A stretch of DNA of 64,000 bases from Polyangiales bacterium (GTDB taxonomy: Bacteria > Myxococcota_A > Polyangia > Polyangiales > Polyangiaceae): assembly GCA_038239005.1 (NCBI GenBank), contig JBBSFE010000015.1:3154-67153 (forward strand). The letters run 5' to 3'. The notes beneath the pieces were generated by a model. It ran no database searches and had not been told where the DNA came from. It was given only the letters and a program-made list of their open reading frames with translations. This document shows, piece after piece, positions 54,419-62,812 of this stretch. Each line of letters opens with the position of its first letter. Position 1 is the first letter of the stretch. A program made the position numbers and the translations under genes.

Positions 54419-55366
54419 TCAGCGTGCGAGCAAGAAGCGCGACACGGGCGAGAAGATGCGTTCTTCGGCGCCGGTCGAGATGAAGAGGTCGGCGTGCGCG
54501 ATGGGGTGAGCCGGATCGCCGCCCACGACGAGGAGCTCTTTGTCACGCGAGCCGATCCGTTCGTAGACGTCACGCGCCGTCGCTTCCGGGACGATGCCAT
54601 CGTCACGCGCGACGACGCACATGAGCGGAAATGTCATCGACTCGATCGCGACCGATACGTTCACGCCGCGCAGAATCAAATCTTTGCGCGCGATCCAGTA
54701 CGCGATCTCTTCGTTCACCGGCGCGTGCGGGTCTTCCACGGTTTGCACGAGGTCCGCGGTGCGCGCGAGATCCGACGACGTCGTGTTCACGTAGAGCGAA
54801 AGCACGCGCGGAAAAAAACGCGACACCGTCGGAAGCGCCGCGCGCGCGAGATCGCGCGTGCCTTTGAAGCGAACTTTGGACGCGAGCGCCGGCGACGCGA
54901 ATGCCGCGCGGAGGAGGGGAGCGATCTCCACCCACCGAACGAGGCCGCCCATCGACACGAACGTGCCGACGGCCGAGTCGCCGGCGTGCGCGATGTATCC
55001 GAACGCGAGCGCTGTCCCGAGGCTGCACCCGATCAAATCGACGCGGTCGACCTGCTCGCGCTCGCGTACGCAGTCGACGATCGATCGCACGTCGTCAATC
55101 GCGAGCTCCGCGAGCCCGTAGTTATCGGCGGCGCTCGGACCCGCGCGAGAGCGCCCTTGTGTGCGCAGATCAGCCGCGTACACGGCGAGCCCGTGATGCG
55201 CGAGCGTGCCTTCGAGGGAGCGCTCGTTCGGATGGAACCCGAAGATGTGCGAGTTCATCCCGTACCCCGGCACGATCACGACGGGGCGGGCGGTTGATTT
55301 TTCCGGCCCGCTCCGCCGAAGCGCGAGCTCGTGACCGTGGCCGCGCGCGTAGAAGATCTCGCTCAC
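54419..55366 (-). CDS. alpha/beta-fold hydrolase
   Basis: The GTG start overlaps the stop of the upstream methyltransferase gene (GTGA). Nucleophile elbow LIGCSLGTA (GxSxG). HG-type oxyanion region VVIVPGYGMN. Confidence 0.8.
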   Translation of the reverse strand: MSEIFYARGHGHELALRRSGPEKSTARPVVIVPGYGMNSHIFGFHPNERSLEGTLAHHGLAVYAADLRTQGRSRAGPSAADNYGLAELAIDDVRSIVDCVREREQVDRVDLIGCSLGTALAFGYIAHAGDSAVGTFVSMGGLVRWVEIAPLLRAAFASPALASKVRFKGTRDLARAALPTVSRFFPRVLSLYVNTTSSDLARTADLVQTVEDPHAPVNEEIAYWIARKDLILRGVNVSVAIESMTFPLMCVVARDDGIVPEATARDVYERIGSRDKELLVVGGDPAHPIAHADLFISTGAEERIFSPVSRFLLAR

Positions 55367-56517
55367 GTGAGGACCGCGAACTTCAGATAGCGCCCTTCGG
55401 GAAACGCCGCGAGCGTCGGGTGATCGTTTGGCGCGCCGTAGAGAGCGACGAGCCTCAAGTCGACTTCGAGGGCTGCGTCGTCGAGTGTGCTGGCAAACAT
55501 TTCGGCGTCTACGTGACTCGAGCACGAGCTCGCGCAGAACACTCCGCCCGGCGCGAGCACTGCCGCGCACGCGCGATGGAGCCCGCGATACGCCGAGAGT
55601 GCACCAGGCACGGCTTTGGCGCTCGGTGCGAAGCTCGGCGGATCGCTCACGACGACATCCCACTTCGTGCCGCGCGCTTTGGCTTGCTCGAGAAACACGA
55701 AACAGTCTTGGGTGACGAACTCGTGCGCCGACGGCGAAACGCCAGCGAGCTTGAAGCTCTCTTGTGCAGTCGCGTGACCTTGCGCGGCGATGTCGACACT
55801 GGTCACGCGCGACGCACCGCCGAGCGCTGCGTGGAGCGAAAAGCCCCCCGCGTAAGAAAACAAATTCAGCACGCGCTTGCCGCGCGCGAGCTCGCCGACA
55901 CGCACGCGATTTTCGCGCTGATCGAGAAACGCGCCCGTCTTTTGGCCGTGCTCGAGGTCGACCACGAATGGAACGCCATGCTCTCGAACGCGCACGCGCA
56001 TCTCTGCGCCGTCGCCGGCTACGCGCTCGATGGTTTTCTTTTCGCCGCGCCGCCCGGCACGTAAAAATACCGTGCGAACGCCGAGTGGCTCGAGAGCGCC
56101 GATAATTTCCTGACGGAGCATGTCCCACCGCGCACGGAGTCCCGCGTCGTCGAGCGTGACGACCGCGTTTGCCCCGTAGCGATCGATGACGAGCCCGGGC
56201 ATCCGATCACCTTCGCCATGCACCACGCGAAATGCATCCGTTTCGGCGTCGAACCAGCCTAATCGCAGCAGGGCAGCGTCCTTCAGGCGCCTGCGAACGA
56301 GCGCTACGTCGATGCTGGCATCGCCGTGCGTCCAAGCGCGAACTGCGATCGGACCTCCCGCCGAGCCGATGCCGTGAGCGAGCGTGTCGCCCTTGAAAGC
56401 GAGGCGGATCTCGTCGCCGTCAGCGAATGTCTTGGATTCGATCTGCTCGCGGTAAACCCACGGATGACCGCGCCGTATAGGTTCTGCGGCCCGCGAAGAC
56501 AGGCTGAGCGTGATCAA
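55363..56517 (-). CDS. rlmI: class I SAM-dependent rRNA m5C methyltransferase with an N-terminal PUA-like domain (RlmI-like)
   Basis: 384 aa with an N-terminal RRGHPWVYREQI, a SAM-binding region VLNLFSYAGGFSLHAA and a DPPSF motif. Confidence 0.75.
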   Translation of the reverse strand: MITLSLSSRAAEPIRRGHPWVYREQIESKTFADGDEIRLAFKGDTLAHGIGSAGGPIAVRAWTHGDASIDVALVRRRLKDAALLRLGWFDAETDAFRVVHGEGDRMPGLVIDRYGANAVVTLDDAGLRARWDMLRQEIIGALEPLGVRTVFLRAGRRGEKKTIERVAGDGAEMRVRVREHGVPFVVDLEHGQKTGAFLDQRENRVRVGELARGKRVLNLFSYAGGFSLHAALGGASRVTSVDIAAQGHATAQESFKLAGVSPSAHEFVTQDCFVFLEQAKARGTKWDVVVSDPPSFAPSAKAVPGALSAYRGLHRACAAVLAPGGVFCASSCSSHVDAEMFASTLDDAALEVDLRLVALYGAPNDHPTLAAFPEGRYLKFAVLT

Positions 56518-56628
56518 ATCGTTATCCTACATCGGCGCCTTCGATCGACTCGGCGGCGAGTTGTGTCATGGTGGCCCAGACCGCTGGGTTGTGCGATCCT
56601 AATGTCGCGAAACGTTACCGCGCAATCC

Positions 56629-56657
56629 TTGACGCCCTCTTCGAAAATCGCTCAAAT
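56629..56657 (+). promoter_or_regulatory. putative sigma-70-type promoter for the 56754 gene
   Basis: TTGACG (56629-56634), a 17-nt spacer, then TCAAAT (56652-56657), in the 236-nt divergent intergenic region. Pattern match only. Confidence 0.25.
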
Positions 56658-56753
56658 CATCGCAGCTTTTTGCTGCGCACGTTGCTTGCTTCTCTGCCGA
56701 TGACTTTGTCGATCTCTGGCCATTCGAATTCGACGGTGTGAGGCACAACCATC

Positions 56754-57926
56754 ATGGGAAAGAAGCGTAAGAAGTCTTCGCAGGGGCAAGCCGCAGACGT
56801 GGTGAGCGAGGCGATGGCCTCTGCTCTCGCGCCGACGCCGCCGCCTCCAGAAGCTCGCGTCGAGATCGAAGCCGCTCCAGCGCTTCCCGAGCCCGCGCGC
56901 TCTCAACCGGCTCTCACAGAAGAGAAAGCCGCGGAGCTGATCGCTTCTGCGCCCGAGCTCGTCGACCTCGCGCCGCAGCTCGAGCCTGACGCTCTCGAGC
57001 CTCCTTCGTCAGTCGCTGCTCCCGCAAGTGAAGCCGCGCCATCGACGTCGCGCCCGCGCAAGCGTCGCAAGAAGCGCGTCACGAAGCCGCCCGTCAGTCG
57101 TGAAGTGCTCGATCAAAAAATCGATCGCCTCGAAGCCAAGCTCGAAGTGAAAAAGACGCAAGCCGCGCAAGCCGCGCGCGAAGGCTTCGACAGCAGCGTC
57201 GACGACACGAGCGTTCCGCCCGTCGAGCAAGAGATCCACGAAGAGTTCTTCGCCGCGGGCGAAAAAGATCATCCGCTCCCGCGTGCCGAGAGCGGCCCGT
57301 ACTCCGCGCTCGATCTTCGTCACGCGCAGAAGATGACGCCCGCTGCGCAAGCACGTCGCGCGCATTTGTCTCGCTACGTGAAGTGGTCCGTGGGTGCCGC
57401 TGCGTTCATCTTGTTCTTGGGCATCGGCGTGCAGCGCCTCCGTGGGCATCCAAGCGACGAACCCGTCCGCAAGGAGGTCGCGCACGCGACCGAGCTGGTC
57501 GCGCCGCCGCAAGAGACGACGAACGCGGTCACGCCGCCTCCCGTCGAGACGACCACGGTCGCCGAGATGAAGATCGAAGAGCTCCCCGACGAGGTGCTCG
57601 GCGCCGACGGCGGAAAAGTCGAAGGCAAAGTCGAAGACCCCGACAAGAAGCCCGAAGACATGCCCGCCGAAAAACCGAAGAACGCGTGGCAAGAAAAACA
57701 GGCCGCCAAAGCTGCTCTCGAACGTGGCTCGAGCGGCGCGGCGATCGCCGCAGGTGAACGCTCGGTCGCGCTCGATCCATCCGACGGCGAAGCGTGGCTC
57801 GTGCTCGGCGGCGCATACCAAGCCATGGGCAACAACGGCCAAGCCAAGCGCTGCTACAACGCGTGCATCTCGCAAGGCAAAAAGGGCCCCACCGGCGACT
57901 GCAAGGACATGCTGGGCTCGCTCTAG
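56754..57926 (+). CDS. hypothetical single-pass membrane protein with a C-terminal TPR-like segment
   Basis: 390 aa with a Lys-rich N-terminus, a TM helix (WSVGAAAFILFLGIGV) and a C-terminal GEAWLVLGGAYQAMGNNGQAKRCYNACI. Confidence 0.7.
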   Translation: MGKKRKKSSQGQAADVVSEAMASALAPTPPPPEARVEIEAAPALPEPARSQPALTEEKAAELIASAPELVDLAPQLEPDALEPPSSVAAPASEAAPSTSRPRKRRKKRVTKPPVSREVLDQKIDRLEAKLEVKKTQAAQAAREGFDSSVDDTSVPPVEQEIHEEFFAAGEKDHPLPRAESGPYSALDLRHAQKMTPAAQARRAHLSRYVKWSVGAAAFILFLGIGVQRLRGHPSDEPVRKEVAHATELVAPPQETTNAVTPPPVETTTVAEMKIEELPDEVLGADGGKVEGKVEDPDKKPEDMPAEKPKNAWQEKQAAKAALERGSSGAAIAAGERSVALDPSDGEAWLVLGGAYQAMGNNGQAKRCYNACISQGKKGPTGDCKDMLGSL

Positions 57927-58007
57927 CAGCGATTCGGCGCGCGACGTGACATTGGAGTGACGCCGTGCGTTGACACGCTGTCGTGCCGAAGGTAGACGAA
58001 CGCGCAC

Positions 58008-58952
58008 GTGTTCAAGAAAGTCTGCATCTTCTCGGGCAACGCGAATCCGTTACTGGCGCAGTCGATCGCCACTCACCTGGAGACGCCGCTCGCCAAGAGT
58101 CGGACGACGCGTTTCTCCGATGGCGAGAGCTTCGTCGAGATCAACGAGAACGTCCGCGGCGTCGACGCTTTCGTGATTCAACCGACGTGCAGCCCCGTCA
58201 ACGACAACGTGATGGAGCTCTTGATCATGTGTGACGCGCTCCGTCGCGCGTCGGCGGGGTCCATCAACGCGGTCATCCCCTATTACGGCTACGCACGGCA
58301 AGACCGCAAAGTCGCGCCGCGCACGCCCATCACGAGCAAGCTCGTCGCCGATTTGATTCAAGCGGCCGGCGTCACGCGCGTCGTCACGGTCGATCTCCAC
58401 GCCGGGCAGATTCAAGGCTTCTTCAACATCCCGGTCGATCACCTCTTCGCGATGCCCGTCCTCCTCGACGACTACTTGAAGAAGAAATTCGATTCGTCGG
58501 CGGTGTTCGTCTCGCCGGACGCAGGCGGCGTCGAACGCGCGCGCGCGTATTCGAAGCGGTTGAACGCGAGCCTCGCCATCATCGACAAGCGCCGCGAGCG
58601 CGCCAACGAGAGCGAAGTGATGAACCTCATCGGCGACGTGAAAGGTCGCCCGTGCATCGTCCTCGACGACATCATCGATACGGCAGGCACGCTCTGCAAC
58701 GCGGCGAAGGCGCTCATGGCCAAAGGCGCTACGAAAGTCGTCGGCGTCGCAACCCACGGCGTCCTCTCGGGCCCGGCGATTCAGCGCATCATCGAATCGC
58801 CACTCGACGAAGTGATTGTCACCGACACCATCCCGCTCAGCGAGCCCGCCGCTGCGAGCGGCAAGATCACGCAAATAAGCATCGCGAAGCTCCTCGGCGA
58901 GGCCATCAAGCGCATCCACTCGAGCGACTCGGTCAGCTCTCTCTTTGCGTAG
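58008..58952 (+). CDS. prs: ribose-phosphate pyrophosphokinase
   Basis: 314 aa with [22 protein letters not shown] and the PRPP loop [14 protein letters not shown] start. Confidence 0.95.
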   Translation: MFKKVCIFSGNANPLLAQSIATHLETPLAKSRTTRFSDGESFVEINENVRGVDAFVIQPTCSPVNDNVMELLIMCDALRRASAGSINAVIPYYGYARQDRKVAPRTPITSKLVADLIQAAGVTRVVTVDLHAGQIQGFFNIPVDHLFAMPVLLDDYLKKKFDSSAVFVSPDAGGVERARAYSKRLNASLAIIDKRRERANESEVMNLIGDVKGRPCIVLDDIIDTAGTLCNAAKALMAKGATKVVGVATHGVLSGPAIQRIIESPLDEVIVTDTIPLSEPAAASGKITQISIAKLLGEAIKRIHSSDSVSSLFA

Positions 58953-59034
58953 AGTCACGCACGCCCGGCCGCTGACGCTCGATCCTTGATGCTTTGCGGT
59001 TGGTATGGGCTTCTGCTAAGAGGCGCCTCCCACC

Positions 59035-59736
59035 ATGTCGCTCGTCACACTCGAAGTAGAAGGCCGCACGGCCGGCGGTAAAGCCGAAGCTGGTCGCCTT
59101 CGCCGCACCGGGAAAATCCCCGCAGTTGCGTACGGAAAAGAGCTCGCGTCCACCCCGCTCGCCATCACGCCCAAAGACGTGGTGACCATCCTCAAGAGCG
59201 AGCGCGGCAAGAACACCGTCATCCAGATGAAGCTCGGCGGAAAAGACCTCACCGTGATGATCAAGGATTTCACGGTGCACCCGGTCGATCGCGCACTTCG
59301 TCACGTCGACTTCGTCGAAGTGAAGCTCGACAAACCCGTTGACGTCGAAATCCCGCTCATCGCCATCGGCAAGCCCCTCGGCGTCACGGCGGGCGGCATT
59401 CTTCGCCAGGTTTATCGCCTTCTTCCGGTGCGCTGCCTTCCGGGCTCCATCCCGCTCAAGGTCGAAGTCGACGTCACCCACCTCGAGCTCGGCTTCGCCG
59501 TCGCCACGAAAGACGTGAAGCTCCCCGACGGCGTCACCGCGCGCGTTCCGGCGGAGCAAACGCTCATCGCGGTCGTCGCTCCCGAGAAGGAAATCGTCGA
59601 AGAGCCCGTGCCGGGCGCAGTCGTTCCGGGCGCTCCTGGTGCGGTCGCCGCCCCTGGCGCTCCTGGCGCTCCCGCCGCAGCGGGCGCAGCGCCAGCCGGT
59701 GCAGCCCCCGCCAAAGACGACAAGAAGAAGAAGTAA
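59035..59736 (+). CDS. rplY: 50S ribosomal protein L25 (Ctc form)
   Basis: 233 aa with GKAEAGRLRRTGKIPAVAYG and both L25/Ctc domains. It has an Ala/Pro/Gly-rich, Lys-terminated tail and sits in a prs-rplY-pth context. Confidence 0.9.
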   Translation: MSLVTLEVEGRTAGGKAEAGRLRRTGKIPAVAYGKELASTPLAITPKDVVTILKSERGKNTVIQMKLGGKDLTVMIKDFTVHPVDRALRHVDFVEVKLDKPVDVEIPLIAIGKPLGVTAGGILRQVYRLLPVRCLPGSIPLKVEVDVTHLELGFAVATKDVKLPDGVTARVPAEQTLIAVVAPEKEIVEEPVPGAVVPGAPGAVAAPGAPGAPAAAGAAPAGAAPAKDDKKKK

Positions 59737-59748
59737 GTTTCTTCGGTC

Positions 59749-60312
59749 GTGTACCTCGTCGTTGGGTTGGGGAACCCCGGGAAAAAATACGAACGGACCC
59801 GGCACAACGTCGGGTTCATGGTGGTCGACCGCATGTACGCCGAGCGCGGTCTGCCCGAATGGCGCGAGAAGTTTTCCGGTGTGTTTTCGCGCGGTGACGA
59901 GCTGATGTTGCTCAAACCGATGACGTTCATGAACGTCTCTGGTGACTCGGTTCAACCGGCGGCCGCATTCGTGAAGGTCGACCCCGCGCACGTCATCGTC
60001 GTTCACGACGAGCTCGATCTCGCGTTCGGGGACGTCCGGATCAAAATGGGCGGCGGCCACGCCGGACACAACGGGCTTCGGAGCATCATCGACCGCTTCG
60101 GTAGCCCCGATTTCTTGCGCGTACGCATCGGCGTCGGTCGCCCGCCGCCGGGTTTTCTGGGCGACGTCGCCGATTACGTGCTCTCGGACTTCGATACGGC
60201 CGAGCGCGCCGAGCTCCCGGATGTCCTCGCGCGAGCGATTTCGGCGGTCACGGCCGTGCTCGAAAAAGGGCCCGCTGCGGCTCAAAACACGGTCAACGCC
60301 AAAAAAACGTGA
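59749..60312 (+). CDS. pth: peptidyl-tRNA hydrolase
   Basis: VYLVVGLGNPGKKYERTRHNVGF and HDELDL...GGHAGHNGLRS. Confidence 0.95.
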   Translation: MYLVVGLGNPGKKYERTRHNVGFMVVDRMYAERGLPEWREKFSGVFSRGDELMLLKPMTFMNVSGDSVQPAAAFVKVDPAHVIVVHDELDLAFGDVRIKMGGGHAGHNGLRSIIDRFGSPDFLRVRIGVGRPPPGFLGDVADYVLSDFDTAERAELPDVLARAISAVTAVLEKGPAAAQNTVNAKKT

Positions 60313-60356
60313 TACACACCCGCCTCCCCTTGCTCGTAGGCATGCCTGCGGGCCAA

Positions 60357-60399
60357 CCCGAGTGACCCTCACGCTCTCCGCGAGGCTCTCTCACTCGGG
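60357..60399 (+). promoter_or_regulatory. stem-loop in the rpsF 5' leader (candidate S6:S18 autoregulatory element)
   Basis: The 9-nt arms CCCGAGTGA (60357-60365) and TCACTCGGG (60391-60399) are perfectly complementary. They end 18 nt before the rpsF ATG. An inner CCTC...GAGG pairing is possible. Confidence 0.35.
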
Positions 60400-60417
60400 C
60401 GTCCACGAGAGGATCTC

Positions 60418-61080
60418 ATGACCCAAGAAGTGACACCGCCGGCAAACGCGGCTCCGCGCACCATGCAGATTCCTTCCGGCAATCGCCCGAAGGAATACGA
60501 GACGATCTACATCCTTCGCTCGGACGTCGACGCCGACACCGCCGAACGCGTGCAAGCGCGCGTCGTCGAGGTGTTCGAGCGCGGCGGAGGCAAGCTCGTC
60601 AAGGTCGAGTCGTGGGGCCGTCGCAAGCTCGCGTACCCGGTCGCCAAGCAGCGTCGTGGCGTTTACATCTACGTGAAGTTCGTCGGTGGTGGCGGCCTCG
60701 TCGCGGAGCTCGAGCGCAATCTCAAGCTGCAAGACGCCGTGCTGAAGTTCCAGACGGTCATCACGCGTGACGAGGTCGATGTCGCGACCCTCGTGATCGA
60801 CGCAGAAGAGACCAAGCTTGCTCGCCTCGAGCTCGCGCCCGAGGAAGAGAAAGAAGAGTCGCGCGAAAAGGTTCTCGGCCTCGTCGACTTCGGCGATGCA
60901 CCGCAGCGCCCGCGCCGCGATGAAGACAGCGACGAGTTCGCCGACGAAGAACCCGGCCCAGAGAGCACACCCGGTGAGCCCGCGGCTGCGGCCACTGCAG
61001 CACCCGCCGCAGCACCTGCTGCACCTGCTGCACCTGCAGCACCCGCCCCGGACAAGGCCAAGAAAGAGGAGCCGTCATGA
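60418..61080 (+). CDS. rpsF: 30S ribosomal protein S6 with a long acidic/Ala-Pro C-terminal extension
   Basis: [12 protein letters not shown]...[26 protein letters not shown] core, then about 100 aa of E/D-rich and (AAP)n sequence. Confidence 0.92.
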   Translation: MTQEVTPPANAAPRTMQIPSGNRPKEYETIYILRSDVDADTAERVQARVVEVFERGGGKLVKVESWGRRKLAYPVAKQRRGVYIYVKFVGGGGLVAELERNLKLQDAVLKFQTVITRDEVDVATLVIDAEETKLARLELAPEEEKEESREKVLGLVDFGDAPQRPRRDEDSDEFADEEPGPESTPGEPAAAATAAPAAAPAAPAAPAAPAPDKAKKEEPS

Positions 61081-61421
61081 CGAACCGAGTTCGCGAAGAC
61101 GCCATCGGTGGTGGCGGTGGTGGCGGCGATCGCCGCCGCAACGAGATGATGGACGACGACAAGGACATGCGCACGCCGGACCTCAACGCCGACGTCTCGC
61201 GTCGTCGTCTTGGCAAGAAGCGTGTTTGTAAGTTCTGCGCCGAGAAAGAAATCGGCATCGACTACAAAGACCCGCAAGCGCTGAAGTACTTCGTCTCGGA
61301 GCGCGGCAAGGTCGTTCCGCGCCGCATCAGCGGCAACTGCGCGCTTCACCAGCGCAAGATCAATCAGGCGATCAAGCGCGCTCGCAACATTGCGCTCTTG
61401 CCCTTCACCGTGACGAACTAG
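61077..61421 (+). CDS. rpsR: 30S ribosomal protein S18 (N-terminally extended)
   Basis: Core [64 protein letters not shown]. The ATG overlaps the rpsF stop, and internal ATGs could be the real start. Confidence 0.9.
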   Translation: MTNRVREDAIGGGGGGGDRRRNEMMDDDKDMRTPDLNADVSRRRLGKKRVCKFCAEKEIGIDYKDPQALKYFVSERGKVVPRRISGNCALHQRKINQAIKRARNIALLPFTVTN

Positions 61422-61436
61422 TCGAGGTTTTTGGCC

Positions 61437-61892
61437 ATGCCCGCCACCATTCAAGTCATCCTCCAGCACGACGTGCAGAACGTCGGAAAATCCGGTGAGC
61501 TCGTCAAAGTGCGTCCGGGGTTCGCGCGCAACTTCCTCATCCCACGTGATCTCGCCGTTCCGGCGACCACGTCGGCGGTGAATCGCATCGCCCACGAAAA
61601 ATCCGTGGCGGTAGCGAAAGCCGAAAAAGCGAAGAAGGAAGCGCGCGATTTTGCCGCGAAGCTCGAAGGCCTCGTCGTTCAGCTCCCGCGTCCCGTCGGC
61701 GAAGAAGATCGGTTGTTCGGATCGGTCACCACGAAAGACATCCACGCGGCGCTCGTTGCGAAGGGTTTCGATATCGATCGCCGCAAGCTTCACCTCGCCG
61801 ATCCCATCAAGGCTCTCGGCACGTACGACGTTCCGGTGAAGCTCCTCGGCGACATCGGCGCGACGCTCAAGGTCGAAGTCGTCAAGAAGTAG
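61437..61892 (+). CDS. rplI: 50S ribosomal protein L9
   Basis: MPATIQVILQHDVQNVGKSGELVKVRPGFARNFLIPRDLA. ATG 61437; the track start at 61431 is a TTG. Confidence 0.92.
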   Translation: MPATIQVILQHDVQNVGKSGELVKVRPGFARNFLIPRDLAVPATTSAVNRIAHEKSVAVAKAEKAKKEARDFAAKLEGLVVQLPRPVGEEDRLFGSVTTKDIHAALVAKGFDIDRRKLHLADPIKALGTYDVPVKLLGDIGATLKVEVVKK

Positions 61893-61899
61893 CGAGCGG

Positions 61900-62685
61900 A
61901 TGAAGGTTCGGCGCGCGCTCGTGACCGGAGCCGGCGGCGTCGGGTGCGGGCGCGCGATCGCACGACGCTTCGCGCGTGAAGGCGCCGCGGTCGTCGTGTG
62001 CGATCTCGACGAGCTCGGCGCACACGAAACCGTGCGCTTGATCACGAAAGACGGCGGTCGCGCGATCGTGCGCGGTTGTGACGTCCGCATCGAAGCTGAC
62101 GTGCGCGAGTCGATTGCATTCGCCGCGCGCGAGCTTGGCGGCCTCGACACGGTCGTCAATGACGCATCGGCGCCGTATCGCCCGCAAGCTCCGCTCGACC
62201 ACTGGAACGACACCATCGCCACGGATCTGCTCGGCGCGATGACTTCGACGCATGCCGCGATCGAAGCGATGCGGGGCAGCGGCGGCGCGATCGTCAACAT
62301 GGGCTCGACGAGCGCGCTCTCGCACGGCCGCACCCACCGCGGCGGCTCACCCGCATACGACGTCGCCAAAGCGGGCATCATGCGATTGACGACGATGCTC
62401 GCAACGCTCGGCGAGAGCGACGGCATCCGCGTGAACTGCCTCGTGCCCGATTGGGTCGCGACACCGGAAGTGCAAAGTTACGTTGACTCGGTCGCGCCGG
62501 AAGAACGCGTGTCGCAAGGAATTCCGTCGCGCCTCACGACGATGGAACAAATCGCGGACGCCGCGATGCTCCTCGCGACCGACGAGTCGCTCGCAGGCCG
62601 CCTCATGGTGTGGTGGTCGAACGACGACGCGCCCAAGCTCGTCCCCATCGGGGACCGGGGATACGTAACGCTGGACGAAGTTTAG
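61900..62685 (+). CDS. classical SDR-family oxidoreductase
   Basis: 261 aa with the cofactor motif VTGAGGVGCGRA and the catalytic YDVAKAG (YxxxK). Confidence 0.85.
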   Translation: MKVRRALVTGAGGVGCGRAIARRFAREGAAVVVCDLDELGAHETVRLITKDGGRAIVRGCDVRIEADVRESIAFAARELGGLDTVVNDASAPYRPQAPLDHWNDTIATDLLGAMTSTHAAIEAMRGSGGAIVNMGSTSALSHGRTHRGGSPAYDVAKAGIMRLTTMLATLGESDGIRVNCLVPDWVATPEVQSYVDSVAPEERVSQGIPSRLTTMEQIADAAMLLATDESLAGRLMVWWSNDDAPKLVPIGDRGYVTLDEV

Positions 62686-62812
62686 GCGGAGCCGGAAACG
62701 GAAACGGACGCACGTTGCTCTGCATGCTTCCGAGGTGCTATGAGTCCACCCGCGCCCTGATCGCGGAAGCGGTCGGGGCGAGCGTCATTTTGGCTGGTTA
62801 GTTGGGGAAAAG

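Noticed and set aside
62686-62812. Intergenic stretches (62686-62812, 56518-56753, 35420-35580, 19316-19442) scanned for tRNA, sRNA or riboswitch features. This includes the small hairpin CGCAGC-TTTTT-GCTGCG at about 56672-56688.
   Set aside because: I could not build a tRNA cloverleaf or T-loop (GGTTCGAATCC-like) consensus or any known riboswitch core. The hairpin has only 6 bp and is not placed after any gene. Covariance-model searches would be needed to say more.
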